Made by a program: the position numbers and the translations under genes. From assembly GCA_012295275.1 (NCBI GenBank), contig CM022679.1, positions 21,514,001 through 21,578,000 on the forward strand: 64,000 nt of DNA. Reading direction: 5' to 3'. This DNA is from Chrysomallon squamiferum (taxonomy: Eukaryota > Animalia > Mollusca). Shown here one piece after another: positions 41,240-54,029 of this stretch. Under the pieces are notes generated by a model. It saw only the letters and a list, made by a program, of their open reading frames with translations. It was not told the origin of the DNA and made no database searches. The number at the start of each line of letters is the position of its first letter. Position 1 is the stretch's first letter.

Positions 41240-41469
41240 CTGAAAAAAACAAAGCACAAAGTTATCAATGAATCAGATTTTTAAAATGCTTTTGTAAGTT
41301 TGTATTTTTTAATTTTTAAAAAAAAATTGTTAATATATAAATTTTTGTACTGCCATGAGAATTTTTAGATTTTTTAAAAAAGTTTTCTTAAACTGTACTA
41401 TGTGGCTATCATTCAACATTACAATGAGTTAGGCTTCTAGCCAAATGTAGATGTGTAGATGTAACTTAC

Positions 41470-41528
41470 AGGTAACTTGCCACCTCCACTTTTTGTGTTG
41501 ATTCTCAGTTCCATCACTTTTCCATATT
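41470..41528 (-). CDS. G3BP: G3BP exon (RRM)
   Basis: EYGKVMELRINTKSGGGKLP with tag/gtaagt boundaries. Confidence 0.94.
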
Positions 41529-41748
41529 CTAGAAATTAAAAACAAAAGAGAGTTAAGGACGGCTGAAATTTCAACTATTTCTTTGAGAAAACACTAGCAC
41601 ACAAATTGCCCAAGTAAAAATAAAAATGTTTAGCCTATAGAAAGGACAATGCAAATCTATTTAAAAATTTTTTTAACATGCATATATAGTTTTTTTTTTT
41701 TTTTTTTTTTTTTTTATACAGAATAAACAGTCTTCTTTATAACTGTAC

Positions 41749-41924
41749 CTTCAAAGAAAACCTTCAACTCTTTTTCTGAGATGTTGTGTGGCAGGTTCCC
41801 AACAAAGAGCTGATGACTGTCTGGGAAGCGGGTGGCAGGTCGGCGTCCGCTGTTGCTGTCGTTGTCACCATCATCTCGACTGACACTCACTCTGTCCCGC
41901 TCTCCAGTGCGTTCTCTGGTTGCT
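41749..41924 (-). CDS. G3BP: G3BP exon (RRM RNP2)
   Basis: [58 protein letters not shown]. Confidence 0.94.
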
Positions 41925-42280
41925 CTGAAAGAATCAGGACTACCATCAACCGGAGTCCAACAACCAGAATATAAACAACCCATGCAAACACAAAACAGAC
42001 CCTCATTACAACATTTACAACAATTATTTTTTTTTATTATTTTTTTTTTTTTATTATTGACCACATGCAAAACTTTGATACAACAGAAATTAATTAATAA
42101 CAGGAATTATAGCAAATCAAATTGTATCATTATGAAATATTATTAAAACAATATTTAACTAGTACAAACACATTGCAAGCATATACAAAACAGTTACAGC
42201 AAATTTTTAACGACAAAACAAGAATGATTAACATTAACCAAGCACACTGCATATTGGAAACAGTGTAAAACTCAACAAAC

Positions 42281-42434
42281 CTTGGTCCTCTCTGTGGTTG
42301 GGGAGCTTGACCTGGATCTGGTTTAGGGTCTGGTCTGACTGTCTGAGGCTTCATGGAAACAGCTGGTGTCTGGCTCTGCGACGTCGAGTTCTTGCTTGCC
42401 ATTGCAGCCCAGGAGCAAGGTTTCTGTTCCACAG
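42281..42434 (-). CDS. G3BP: G3BP exon (SWA motif, Pro-rich region)
   Basis: VEQKPCSWAAMASKNSTSQSQTPAVSMKPQTVRPDPKPDPGQAPQPQRGP; phase 1-2. Confidence 0.92.
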
Positions 42435-42878
42435 CTAGAAAATTCAAATTTAAAAACATCCGAATAAAGGTTACTTTTTATTTGCAACCTGATTTTGTAA
42501 GAAAAAAATTTTAAACAAATTCTGAATATACCCCAAAAATAATTTACACACATCAAAATTTATAATTAATTAAAATATTTCTATCATATTTGAACTAGAA
42601 CAGCTGAAATGTTTCTTTCTTAATGGATACTAACAGCTCAATACTTTTGAATTCTCAAATCACTGTTTGTTCCCTTAACACAAAATCACACAGCTGCATG
42701 ACGATTTCCATTTTTTTCTGGCAATCTTTTGAAAATGGTGCTTTATACAGATATTCAACAATGTAATGATTTGTTCTGAGGCAAGAGTTGATAAATCATT
42801 TTTGAAGTTCCAAGGATTCAAACAGCAAAAGATCGTTCAGACTAAATTTCAATGAACAACAATGAAAGGTTTACAAAC

Positions 42879-43042
42879 CTGTTTCTGTGATAACCACAGG
42901 TTCTGGCTCAGCAGGTGGCTCAGGAGACTTGTTTTCAGTTTTCTCATTGAAAATCTCTTCTGTCTCCTCCTCCTCCTTTGTTTCCTCCTGGCTGGTTGGA
43001 GCCTGTGAGTCATCCGTCTCATCACCGTGAGTCGAACCATTG
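42879..43042 (-). CDS. G3BP: G3BP exon (acidic IDR1)
   Basis: NGSTHGDETDDSQAPTSQEETKEEEETEEIFNEKTENKSPEPPAEPEPVVITET; phase 2-1. Confidence 0.9.
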
Positions 43043-43402
43043 CTGAATTTTTATAAATAAATTCACTAAGTGTGTTTACAGACAGAACATTTTTATATAA
43101 ACCTATTGTAAAATAAATTATATTTTGCCATGGAGTATCATTTCTGACCTTCAGCATAATGTACAATGACAGGATAATGAACTTACACAAGATCTTACAG
43201 AGAAAACTTTGTCATTATTGCTTATATTTAGAATAATAAAATCTTAATTAAAAATAACAAAAATATATTCATGTTTATAATCTTCATTTGCAATAAAATT
43301 TCAAAAACAAGCTGATTTTGGGGAATTAATCAGAATTCCCGTCCTCTGTCAGTTATCTTGAACTGGAATTGCAGGTTTATTCAGACCAAAAATCAGACAT
43401 AC

Positions 43403-43496
43403 CTCAGAGGAGCTTGTGCCTCGTAGAATGTTGTTGTGCTGTCTGGCACTGCTGGTTCACCCTGCTGTCCATTTTCAATAATCTCATGTTCAGAGT
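43403..43496 (-). CDS. G3BP: G3BP exon (acidic IDR1)
   Basis: DSEHEIIENGQQGEPAVPDSTTTFYEAQAPL; phase 1-2. Confidence 0.9.
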
Positions 43497-43660
43497 CTGC
43501 AACAAAACCATTTTTTTTTTATAAATTTGTATTTAAAAAGTGAAAGTTAAAAATTAATGTTTTATTCTTATATACTCTCTACTAATATTCACACTAATAA
43601 TGTTTGTAAGATTATTATATCAAATGTTTTATCATCAAAAATATTTTAAAAATGCCCTAC

Positions 43661-43832
43661 CGACTGCCTCTTCCAGATTATCTGCCTCACTGTCATTGTC
43701 ATGGAAAACTTCATCCTGGTAGCGGAAAATGTCATTGTGGACATAGTACTTCTTGGGAGACTGCGGGGCCAACACAAAGGTCTGCATGAAGCGACGCATG
43801 GGCTCCCCGTTGTTTGACAGTTCCCCAGTGAC
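43661..43832 (-). CDS. G3BP: G3BP exon (NTF2-like C-terminal part)
   Basis: [57 protein letters not shown]. Confidence 0.97.
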
Positions 43833-44230
43833 CTGCAGAGCAACAGACGAATAATTGACAACAGCTCAGCTCATGGTAAATGGTAAGGATGTAAATGTAT
43901 GAATGTTTGTAACAGGTAAACAAATATAACCCTGAAAATTTTACACAAATTCAACTCTGTGTTTCACTTTACTTTAAAAGAACATGGCAACAACTTACAG
44001 TCCTTCATTAATCAATCAACATACTGGATATAATATATAAATGTACAAACATTTTAATTTAAATAATTTTTGATACTATAAAATGTTATGGAGGAGTATT
44101 TAGAGATGTTTGATTACATTTTCAATATTAATGATGTCAGAATCAGAAATATCTGTTGTACATCGTTTTGATCAGTATTAAAGTACACAGCTAATACATG
44201 AGCCAAATAAAAGATTAAAAGTTAAAATAC

Positions 44231-44332
44231 CTGGACTACAACAGCATTTCCCACTGTGGCCTGGCTATCCACCTGACGAATCTTGGCATGGCAGTCTCGG
44301 AAATTCAAGGACATGATTTTCTTGTGTATTTC
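44231..44332 (-). CDS. G3BP: G3BP exon (NTF2-like)
   Basis: EIHKKIMSLNFRDCHAKIRQVDSQATVGNAVVVQ. Confidence 0.96.
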
Positions 44333-44463
44333 CTGAAGAAACAAATTTACAACATACAATATAAAATTTGGGAGGGAAAAAAATGTAATAAAATGGTTTT
44401 TTTAAACTTTTATTCAAGAAGAGCTCTACATTTTATAGATTTGAGAACAAGGAATTTTATTAA

Positions 44464-44546
44464 CTGGCTCAGAAATTAGAGTACACTTGTATGGAAGCGG
44501 TTCTCAGCAGATTTCAGAGAGGGCAAGTTCCCATCATCATGGCCAG
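44464..44546 (-). ncRNA. Box C/D snoRNA predicted to guide the 18S Gm601-equivalent site (SNORD85/SNORD103-like), copy 1
   Basis: ctggc/gccag stem, C box ATGATGA, guide ACTTGCCCTC(T) before D' CTGA complementary to conserved 18S GAGGGCAAGU, D box CTGA. Confidence 0.82.
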
Positions 44547-44754
44547 ATGAAATAAATAAAAACACTTTACACAGTCATGTATTACTGTTAGAAAATAAAC
44601 ATTTGGAAAACAGATGAAAACCTAATGAACTAATTCTTCTCAAGTACATCTGGTTAAACTGCCTACTTTTTATATAATAATGCATAGTGGAAAAATATTT
44701 TAAACAACTTTTACAAACAACATCTACAGATTTGTGAACAAAGAATTTTATTAA

Positions 44755-44837
44755 CTGGCTCAGAAATTAGAGTACACTTGTATGGAAGCGGTTCTCAGCA
44801 GATTTCAGAGAGGGCAAGTTCCCATCATCACAGCCAG
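44755..44837 (-). ncRNA. Box C/D snoRNA, 18S Gm601-equivalent guide, copy 2
   Basis: Near-identical to copy 1; C box GTGATGA; lies within a roughly 290-bp tandem duplication. Confidence 0.82.
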
Positions 44838-45332
44838 ACGAAATAAATAAAAACACTTTACACACTCATGTATTACTGTTAGAAAATAAACATTTGAAAA
44901 ACAGATGAAATCCTAATGGATTAACTTCATGATCTCAAATTATATTTATGGATAAAAATATGTATATAAATTTTAAAAAAAAAAATTGTTTTTTCAATGT
45001 TTAAAGAATTCATTCACTTTCTCGATCCATTTCTAATAAATCTTGTGGTCTGCATTATTTCAGAAATATTAAATATGCATATTCAATATAATATATATAA
45101 TTAAAAAAAAAAAAAAAAATTTAGTTAATAAATCAGTGATTCATCACTCTTGTAAAAGACATTGTTGAATCTGATACCATCCTAGAATGAAAGATGTCGC
45201 TGATGAACATTAAATCTGTTTCCTAACAAACTTAAGAGTAGTATCAAAAATGAAAGTGTTGATCCTGGTTATTTTCACCAGTAATCTGGAAAACTAACAT
45301 TTATAAACTACGTAAAAATACATTATTATAAA

Positions 45333-45408
45333 TGGCTCAGATTTCAGAGTACACAGGAAACTATTCTCAGCAGGTATCAGAGAGGGCAAGTTCCCATCAT
45401 CATTGCCA
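45333..45408 (-). ncRNA. Box C/D snoRNA, 18S Gm601-equivalent guide, diverged copy 3
   Basis: tggc/gcca stem; C, D' and D boxes and the ACTTGCCCTC guide retained while spacers diverged. Confidence 0.78.
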
Positions 45409-45585
45409 AACATACTGTTTTAAAAGGTAATGGATTTTGTTTGGATGTTGTTAATATCATCTGTTATAACCATCGTCATGTAATTTTGTCTAACAAATTT
45501 TGATTTTTCATTTCAAAGTTTACTAACCATCAGATAAATATTTCACAATCCCTAATTAGTTTTTGTAATATTAAAACACACTTAC

Positions 45586-45667
45586 TGCCTGGCCCATAAC
45601 TGGGGGCTGTTCTTCTCCAGGCTTTTCCACACCTCCATGAACAAAGCAGGAGTTATGACTGTAAAAT
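45586..45667 (-). CDS. G3BP: G3BP exon (NTF2-like)
   Basis: FYSHNSCFVHGGVEKPGEEQPPVMGQA; phase 2-0. Confidence 0.96.
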
Positions 45668-46896
45668 CTGCAGGGAGAAAAACAAAACTTTTAGCATCTT
45701 GACCAATTATCAACCTCAATATTTTATATAGAATATATGGTGCAGCAAAAATTATTAATGTGATTTTTAAAATTTACATTTACACTGTTGTTTCAACTGA
45801 GAACCATTTCTCTCTTACCTAAAATTGCCATCAGTGAAACATCTAATGGATAGAAATCATTTTATGGAGTTGTAAATTTTTACATTTACTTTATTTCAAC
45901 AGGAATAGGAGTTCAGCAGAAATCAATTCAGAAATACGAGATAAGGAGAAAACATTACATAACTCAAAAAAAAATTAAAAAATCAGTCAACGCAATGATT
46001 TCCTTTTTTTTCTTCTTAAATATCTGGAAAACAGGTCTTTCAGAGAAATTGTCAACAGCATAATGTTTTTACATTGAATTCAAGAGGACAATGATCTGCA
46101 TTAAACTACACTATCTTTAGTAATTTTTTTATGCATGTGCATTATGGTAGTCAAAACCCATTTCTTTTTAAAACACAGCCAGTAATCAACTTTTGACTAA
46201 ACAAATCACATTAACTTTTCAGCTTTGCTGTTGGTAAAAGGGTTAAAATGATTAGAATGAACTGATTCCTCAAAGTAGCTGCAAATTTGCTATCATTGTT
46301 GTCAAGCAAGAAATATGTATTCACACAGAAAATGTATGTGATCATAAATTTGCAGATTATTATAAAAATCTAATAAATGAGTGAATTTTTTAAAGCAAGG
46401 AAATCTGTGAAAGCTCTGCATACAATTCAGAACTGCATGGTGCTGGAAAAGGCACTGGCATGTTGAAAACTGAAGGTCAGTAACCACATTACACAAACAA
46501 TCTTTCATGTGTAGCTTACATCTCCACTGTTTATATTTCATCAAGTCCAAAAGTTAACAAATTTACCCTTTTAATTTTCAGGTAGGGAATTGTGTTTTCA
46601 TTATTTCAAAAAATTCTCCTACACCTACACCTACCTGTTCATGTGTAACATTTAAAAGTCAAATGCACATTAATAACCTTTATCTAGCTTTCCACATTTT
46701 TAAACAACCATGTTTACAAATTTTCAGTTTGTTCATTTTACAGTGTTAACAAAATCAGTGGTTTTATGAAAATGTCACAAAGACATTTCCATCAAGGTGC
46801 AGCAATTGTTAAGTTTTCCCCACTAAATTTTAATAATAATGTTACACAAAGAAAATACATTAAGAAAAATTTCATAAAAATTCAGCTGATAATTAC

Positions 46897-46991
46897 CTAT
46901 GTAAATGGATAGGAGCCTCGTGAAGCAGGGTGTAATACTGCCTCACAAACTCGCGGCCGACACATTGTGCACTTGGAGTTTCCATGACCAT
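46897..46991 (-). CDS. G3BP: G3BP first coding exon (NTF2-like N-terminus)
   Basis: [31 protein letters not shown], the typical G3BP N-terminus; the exon begins at about 47017 after a cag acceptor. All exons join into one 463-codon frame including the stop. Confidence 0.97.
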
Positions 46992-47688
46992 GACTTATCT
47001 CTAGTGTGGGTGGCAGTCTGTATAATAAAAATAAAAAAAAAAAAAAAAATTCAGTTTTTAACTTCAAATAAACTTGCACAAAGCATTTTTAAAATTATTT
47101 TTTATTATTTTTAAACACCAGAGGATAATAACATACAAGCCCTATAATGGTTTTATACAAAATGAAAATTGTAGAATACCGTAAGTTTAACTATTCAAAT
47201 AGAAATTATTTCCAATCAAGTACATTTTCCTTTTCTTTGTTTAATTTTTAGAAGTTTTCTCATATACAAATACTCATTATTAAACATCACTTAATGTTGT
47301 CGATATCTAAAATATACTATTAAATCTGGAACAAACACATACAGAAACACAGAAAAAACTTTTTTTTCAAGTTAAAATTCCAACATAGTCGAAGGCATGC
47401 ATGCTTAACAACCATACCGTTCTTTCACTTTCGATAAATCTAAAGCGCAATTTAGTAGTTCTTTTCACTGGTACTAAGTACAAAGCTATTAAGCACAGTA
47501 ATTATATGTAAAGGTAAACTAAATAAAATAATTTAAAAAGGTTAATGTTTTAATATATACATTTTGCAGATCAACGAAACAAAAGGAAGTTTCACACGGA
47601 AGATACCAGAAAAAATCACGTTGGGTAACTCGACCCCAATTGAATACCTTATTTGGCTTTTACTGACGGATTCTCGTTTTGTACTCAC

Positions 47689-47830
47689 CTTTAAAGATGA
47701 AGATAGTATTTTTAAGTTATGAAATTATTTACACATTGAAAAATAAATATGATTATCAACAATATATTCGTTAAAGTTTCGACGTTTGTGGAAAGTAAAT
47801 TTTTGCCTGTAGCACATGCACGATGCGCAG
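47689..47830 (-). other. G3BP: Probable non-coding first exon (5'UTR) of G3BP
   Basis: Minus-strand donor AG|GTGAGTAC at 47689/47688, next to a CpG-enriched segment; 5' end approximate. Confidence 0.6.
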
Positions 47831-47880
47831 AAGCGGTCTGCGCAAACGGACCCCGCGTATGATGAAAGTGTAAACCCCAT
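47810..47880. promoter_or_regulatory. G3BP promoter region with NRF1-like TGCGCA motifs
   Basis: Local CpG enrichment; tgcgca at 47824-47829 and 47839-47844. Confidence 0.5.
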
Positions 47881-48204
47881 TTCCGTAAAATTGTTATCGC
47901 AACAGAAACATACGGATATTTTGATATGCTTATTTGACTCCGAAATACCTGTATTTTCCATAGCCTATTCACGTGAAGGTTAAAACTTCAGAATTATGTA
48001 GAAGAAAAAAAATAATAATAAAAAAAAAAAAAAAAAAAAAAGTAATAATTATAAAATGTGAAAATATCTTTATTTAATTATTTTATTAAAAACAAAAATA
48101 AGGTTATCTTAAAAACAAGAAACAACTCCAAAACAACAACAAAAAAAACGAAAAAACCCAAACCCAAAACAAATAAAACTACAACAACAACAACAACAAC
48201 AACA

Positions 48205-48256
<52 letters not shown>

Positions 48257-49259
48257 GAAGAAAAAATGCGACAAAGAAAAAAAAAAAAAAAAAAGAAAAA
48301 CCCATAAAAATAAATAAACTCATGTACACAGTGTTCGTAACACCCCCGCTATACTAGCCCGTAGCTGCTGTTACAAACCAGTCTTTAAATAACATGAAGT
48401 TCATTGAAAGTATTGCCAGATTTTTCATTAATTAATTTCCAATGATTTTTTTTTTTATCTATATTATATATGAATGCAAAATTAAAAAAAAATTAAAAAT
48501 AAAAAATAAAAAAAAAATCGGGATGTTTTAATACTTTGCGTCTTTTGTTGTTGCAATTTAACAATTAGTTAGTCTTTTAATCCTGTAGCAGTTATAAGTA
48601 GCTGATAATCTCGTATCAATACGGCATTATACTGTTGATTAAAATACACAAAGCAATATTTATTGTCCTTTGTTCAGTGTGGATAAGCTCAAGTTCCTTA
48701 GATGTATATTCATGCTTGTATTTGTATGACATATTTCGTGCTAGATTTTTCTTCTTCTTCATTCTCTTTCTTTGGTTCTTTCTTTTCTTTTCTATATTAA
48801 ACAAAGAGGTGATATTCATAATTTGGACTTAGCACAGGTTCTAGGCACCTCAATACGATTTTAATAAATAAAGTAAGAACAACCCACGCCAAGAAACTGC
48901 ACTATACACATCTGATTCGACGATTGTATTTTAAAAATTATTAAAGAACAAAATGAATTATTTGCATAAAAAAAAAAAAAAAAAAAAAAAACGAGCGAAC
49001 CCCCCAAAAAACAATAAGCGAAAAAACCAACGCCCTCAAAAAAACACAAACTTAAAAAAACTAAAAAAACAACAACCATGAATGATGAAACAACCAAAAA
49101 CAAAAAACAACAACTAAATGGATGTACCATGCAAGGATTAGTAAAACATTAAGTGTGGGCGGATCAGTCATGGTCCACGCATCTCAAACAATTTGTTTAA
49201 AAAACATCAGCCCTATTAAATTTATTTTCTTATCTATGACAGAAATTACTGAGTGTTCT

Positions 49260-49380
49260 TCCAGTTCACCAATCACAGTTTTTTGGAACGAGTAGACGTT
49301 TGGTGATTAGGATTATCGTTCTGTTCCGATTTCGTCGACCTTAGATTACTGCGCATGTCTGCAACCAATAGCAACAACGG
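49260..49380 (+). promoter_or_regulatory. Promoter of the cassette gene: CCAAT boxes, NRF1-like TGCGCATG, RFX half-site ATAGCAAC
   Basis: ccaat at about 49269 and 49365, tgcgcatg at 49350-49357, atagcaac at 49368-49375; CpG-enriched. Confidence 0.45.
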
Positions 49381-49458
49381 GTACTTTGTTTCTTGGTCAG
49401 GGCAATATTAAATAACTTTCATAGAGCTTGTGTTAAAATCCCGTTTGATATCATAAAG

Positions 49459-49560
49459 ATGGCTGAAAGCGCTTATCATTGGGACGCTTTGCGAAAGGAA
49501 CGAATTCTCCAACGAAAGCGAGATGCACAAAGACGGATGCAAGAAGGGGGTAGCTCAGAG
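49459..49560 (+). CDS. Uncharacterised small protein with CCDC200-like N-terminus, constant exon 1
   Basis: aaagATGG start; MAESAYHWDALRKERILQRKRDAQRRMQEGGSSE|gtaaac; SAYHW[DE]AxR recalls the vertebrate CCDC200 N-terminus (from memory, not searched). Confidence 0.8.
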
Positions 49561-50003
49561 GTAAACACGGAATATTGATATCACTTGGCTTGAGTTAGTT
49601 GTATGGTAGCAGAAGATAAAAGTTGTTATGAATTTAATAATGTTAAGTAGTGGTTATAATAAAAGGAAAAACAAACAAAAAGAAAAAAAACAACATCTTT
49701 CATTATAACTGAAATTATTATCATATTATTAGGCTAATAAAAATAAATAGGTTTTGACAATATTAAGCATTGATTGAATCCTTTTCAAGGCTTTCCTGAT
49801 AAATTGCTCAGTGACATTGAACGAACTGATTGGTAATAAACTTAACCAGAGAGTTTTATATATACACATAACTGGCATAATCAGATGTCTAATTAATAAA
49901 TAATAAAAAATAATTGATATGATTCTTAATCAGGTTCAGTGTAATCTAAAGGTTTGTTTTGGCAGTTTTAGTAGGTTTTTTTTTTAGTTTATTATAATTT
50001 AAA

Positions 50004-50265
50004 ATTTTAAATTTTTAGACCAGTGTTTAATATAGTCAGCTATATTCAACTAGGAATTTACCAAAAAGTTATATACAGAATATTACAAATTTGATAAAAT
50101 AGAATTTAAAGTTGAATCAAACTGTAATATATAAATCTGCATTTTTGATACTCATCATATATATATATATATTTTGACAATCCAGCAACATATAACAGAG
50201 TTGTTTTAAGAACATCTATGCAGTCAGTTTAGAATTATTCAAAGCATTTAAAAAAAAGGAGAAAT

Positions 50266-50323
<58 letters not shown>

Positions 50324-50491
50324 GTCTAGTATAAATATAATTTAAAGTTGAATCAAACTGTAATATACAAATCTGCAATTTTGATACTCATTATATATAT
50401 ATAAATTTGTAATATTCCCTAAATAATTTTAAAGTAAATTCCTAGTTGAATATAGCTGACTGTATTAACCATTGGTCTAAAAACTTAAAAT
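50004..50491. mobile_element. MITE/foldback-like element with 58-bp terminal inverted repeats
   Basis: 50004-50061 is the near-perfect reverse complement of 50434-50491; internal direct repeats (about 50103-50170 and 50339-50400) flank a (GT)n tract; no ORF. Confidence 0.55.
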
Positions 50492-50781
50492 CCTGTTAAT
50501 TTCTGCTCAAGAGTGCCTTCCCTGACACATGATTATACAGACAAACAATAGTCTTCCTTGCTGAAAAAATGTCTTGGATTACATACTTTTTACATGAATA
50601 ACAAAATAATTTGATCTATATGTCTTAAATCACATTATTGCAGTTTCGACCTAAAAACACTACTTGACATAATTATGTTCTGCTTAAGTAAACATCTTAC
50701 CATTAGACACACCACTTTTTTTTCTGAACTAATATAGTGTCTTGGTGATTCCTATATGTAATTAATGATTTTTTTTTTCAG

Positions 50782-50867
50782 AAAAAAGATTTTGATTTTG
50801 AATGCCTCCAAAAGGAACATGCCAAAAGTCGCCGTCCAGCCAATGATCTAGGAGCAGCCAGTTTAAG
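50782..50867 (+). CDS. Uncharacterised protein, constant exon 2
   Basis: ttttttttcag|KKDFDFECLQKEHAKSRRPANDLGAASL-AG|gtatta; phase 0-2. Confidence 0.8.
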
Positions 50868-51062
50868 GTATTAAAATTAATGTCTACTGCTTCCGAATTC
50901 TATAGTTTTTATTATAAATTATAAAATGTCTGCTACAAAAAACTGCCTGCTGCTGGGTTAGTTGAAAATCTCTGACCATCTTCATATATTTACTAAAGAT
51001 ACTTCTATTACAAAATTCAACCAAAAACAAAACCCCTGTCCCCCAAAAAAAATCCCCCGAAA

Positions 51063-51093
<31 letters not shown>

Positions 51094-51430
51094 TAAATAA
51101 AAAAGCTTCCCAGTTATTATTTCTGATCCTTAGAAAGCAATAGCTTTCAAATTATATGAATTTTGATTTTGTGTTTATAATCTGAAGGTTTTTTAAGTAC
51201 AGGAAGTAGAAAATAAATAGTTAACATGAATTTGCAGATATATATGATAATCATAATAGAAGGTTAATGAAATACTTTTTTTAATGATAAATTTACTATA
51301 GTGAAGTATCCTGAGTAGATAAAGTGTGGATGTTGTTTCTACATCCTCACATACCCATTTTTTTTAAAAAGGATATTTAATACATTTTTATAAATGTGGT
51401 GTGTGGGAGGAAACATTTTCTGATTTGATT

Positions 51431-51482
<52 letters not shown>

Positions 51483-51578
51483 CATACATACATATATAAA
51501 AAAATACATACATACATAAATACAGACACACAAACACATACACACCCACCCACCCACAGATCCACATACTCACACTCA

Positions 51579-51632
<54 letters not shown>

Positions 51633-53872
51633 ATGTACATGAACAAACATATTTATCTGACAGTTAAAGAGAATAATTTGGTTTTGATAGTCATTACTGG
51701 TTTGATAATTTGTAAATGCTTCTGAAGCAGTAATATGTAGAATAATAATTGGCTATAAATGAAAATCTGTATCAATGCATTTATTTAGAATATACTGCGG
51801 TTTTACATATGTCCCCAAAAAGGTAAAAAAAAAAAAAAAGACTAGCAAAAATTACTGAGTAAGTAAACTACATGTACACATGTTCGGAATATTGCATTGG
51901 TATTTTAATTTTAAAATATAATCAAGATTTTTACTCATAGAATTTTCATTGAATTCATTAAAATCAGACATAACTTTATTATACTCTTTTCGCAAATCTT
52001 TGACCGTACAAAATTCTTTCTTGTCTTTAGTGATTATTATCTGGAAGGTTGCCCATTTATTTTACGTATTACAATGATAGATCTAGTAGCTTACAGTTTA
52101 CACTTCATTAAATTAATTCAATGCATAATACATACAAAACAGAATATTTATGGATAGATTAAATAATCTTTACAAATCACAGTGTAGTAAAATGTACATG
52201 TTTTCATATTCCGGCCGTTTGTTTTTTGAAAACTAAAATTATTCCCTTAAAGAAGAGATGTCTTTGATGTTTTAAAAAAAAAAAAAAATATTTTTATGGT
52301 CCTCATCATTTGCAGATGAAAATATATTTTTAAACCCTTAGCTTTTGTCCTGATAAAATTAATTTTAATTAATGTAAAATTCAAAGATATAATTGTCAAG
52401 TTGAAACCGGTTATAAAAGAATGAGATATGTCTGTAAATGTAGCAGAACACACACACTCACACACATGCACATCAAATTAATTAGCTTCATATTTGAACA
52501 ACTTTTATATTTTATTTGAAAACAAAATCAGTTTTTAATTCAGAAACTGAAAATCATTCAAATCAAAGCTGCATGTACAGTTAATAAAAATGTTGCAACT
52601 GACTGATCATTGTTTGCTGTTAGTAAACATATTCATCTATTTTTTAACTGCATGAGTTAATTGTATGACAAACTAAACAAAAGGAGCTGCATTACAGCTG
52701 TATTTAGGTGTACCGAGCACTCATTCTCCAAAATGCTTGTGGTTGGAAGTATCAAAGGTATTTTATTTTTGTTTTTTTAAATTTAAAAAAAAAATGATAT
52801 GAGGTAGCCCCAGCACTAATAACAGAAATTGCTTATGTTTGATATATAGAGCTTATGTACACACATTATCTGAAGGTAATTTTATATGAGACTTTAATAA
52901 TTTAGAAAGAATGTTTTGTATTTTGGATAAATAATGTTCAGACTCAGTCTGTATATTTGCATTAACAAATAAATAGACGCATATGCACAACATCTTCAGT
53001 GACAAAATTCAAGTATATGATTAGATAGAAATTTATGGATAATTCACCACAGCTACATTTACAATCTCTTTCATGGTAATCTATGATTAGAAGATGAGAC
53101 CTGATAAGTGTATGCTAAAAAACCCACCACAAACAGCATCAGCAATAAGAACCACATGCATGAAAGGAACAGAAACTAATTAAGTTGCTGTCAGGTGAAA
53201 ACAAATAAAGTAATTTCTTAAAATTCAGAAACTTACAGTAACAACAGTATTCCCTCTTTCAAAAGAAAAATAAAGTGAAAAATCCATTTAAATTAAATAA
53301 TAAAAGAAGAAGAACAAAAGAACAGCATGGAGTTTCATACAATCAGAACTGATGAAGCATAACAAAAAAACCCCAAAATCCATTGAATAACATGCTCACA
53401 TGTTTTAAGGCTTATTGCTAATAATTATAAAATTTTCTACTTCCCATATAGGAAAGTTTAAGAATTTTGTAATAGATCACAAGCTATGGTTTATAAAATA
53501 ATAGAATTTTATAATGTTTAGTGATAATAATTCATTTTTTTAGAGAAAAAAGAAAAAAAAAAGAGTAAAAATATATAAATTCTGTTAGATTTTAACAACA
53601 ATTAATAATTATTATCTGGGTTTTGTATACTGGCAGATAAAAGGTTGATGGTCAAAGATATTCTTGACTAATTACAAATTTATCTTTAATAAAATGCAGT
53701 TATTTGTTTGCTTCAGTATTTGTAATATTTGATAATAACACCTAATACTTAGAATCTGTAGTTAGAGTTAGATCAGTGAGCTTGAAAAAATCACAATGTT
53801 AGTAAACTTACCTGCAGTTTTACTTGATTTCAGTATTTCACTAAGAACTGACAATGGTCTTTAGATAATCAA

Positions 53873-53912
<40 letters not shown>

Positions 53913-54029
53913 TGGGGGGGGGAATATATCTAAAAAGATCAGTCAGTGCATTTATTTCAGTTACACAATTTGTGTGTCATCACTCATCAGTGATTTCCTA
54001 ACTGGAATATTCTGTATTGCTATTTTTAG

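Larger units (their letters stand above)
44443..44920. repeat. Tandem duplication (roughly 290-bp spacing) carrying snoRNA copies 1 and 2
   Basis: Near-identical ~180-bp blocks starting at about 44445 and 44736. Confidence 0.88.

Noticed and set aside
52031-52757. Possible extra exons of the cassette gene (acceptors before 52031 and 52708)
   Set aside because: AT-rich, no shared motif, and phases do not fit cleanly; cannot be supported without RNA data
53961-54029. Upstream in-frame acceptor extending V1 by 23 hydrophobic residues
   Set aside because: The extension reads like translated intron; 54030 has its own pyrimidine tract
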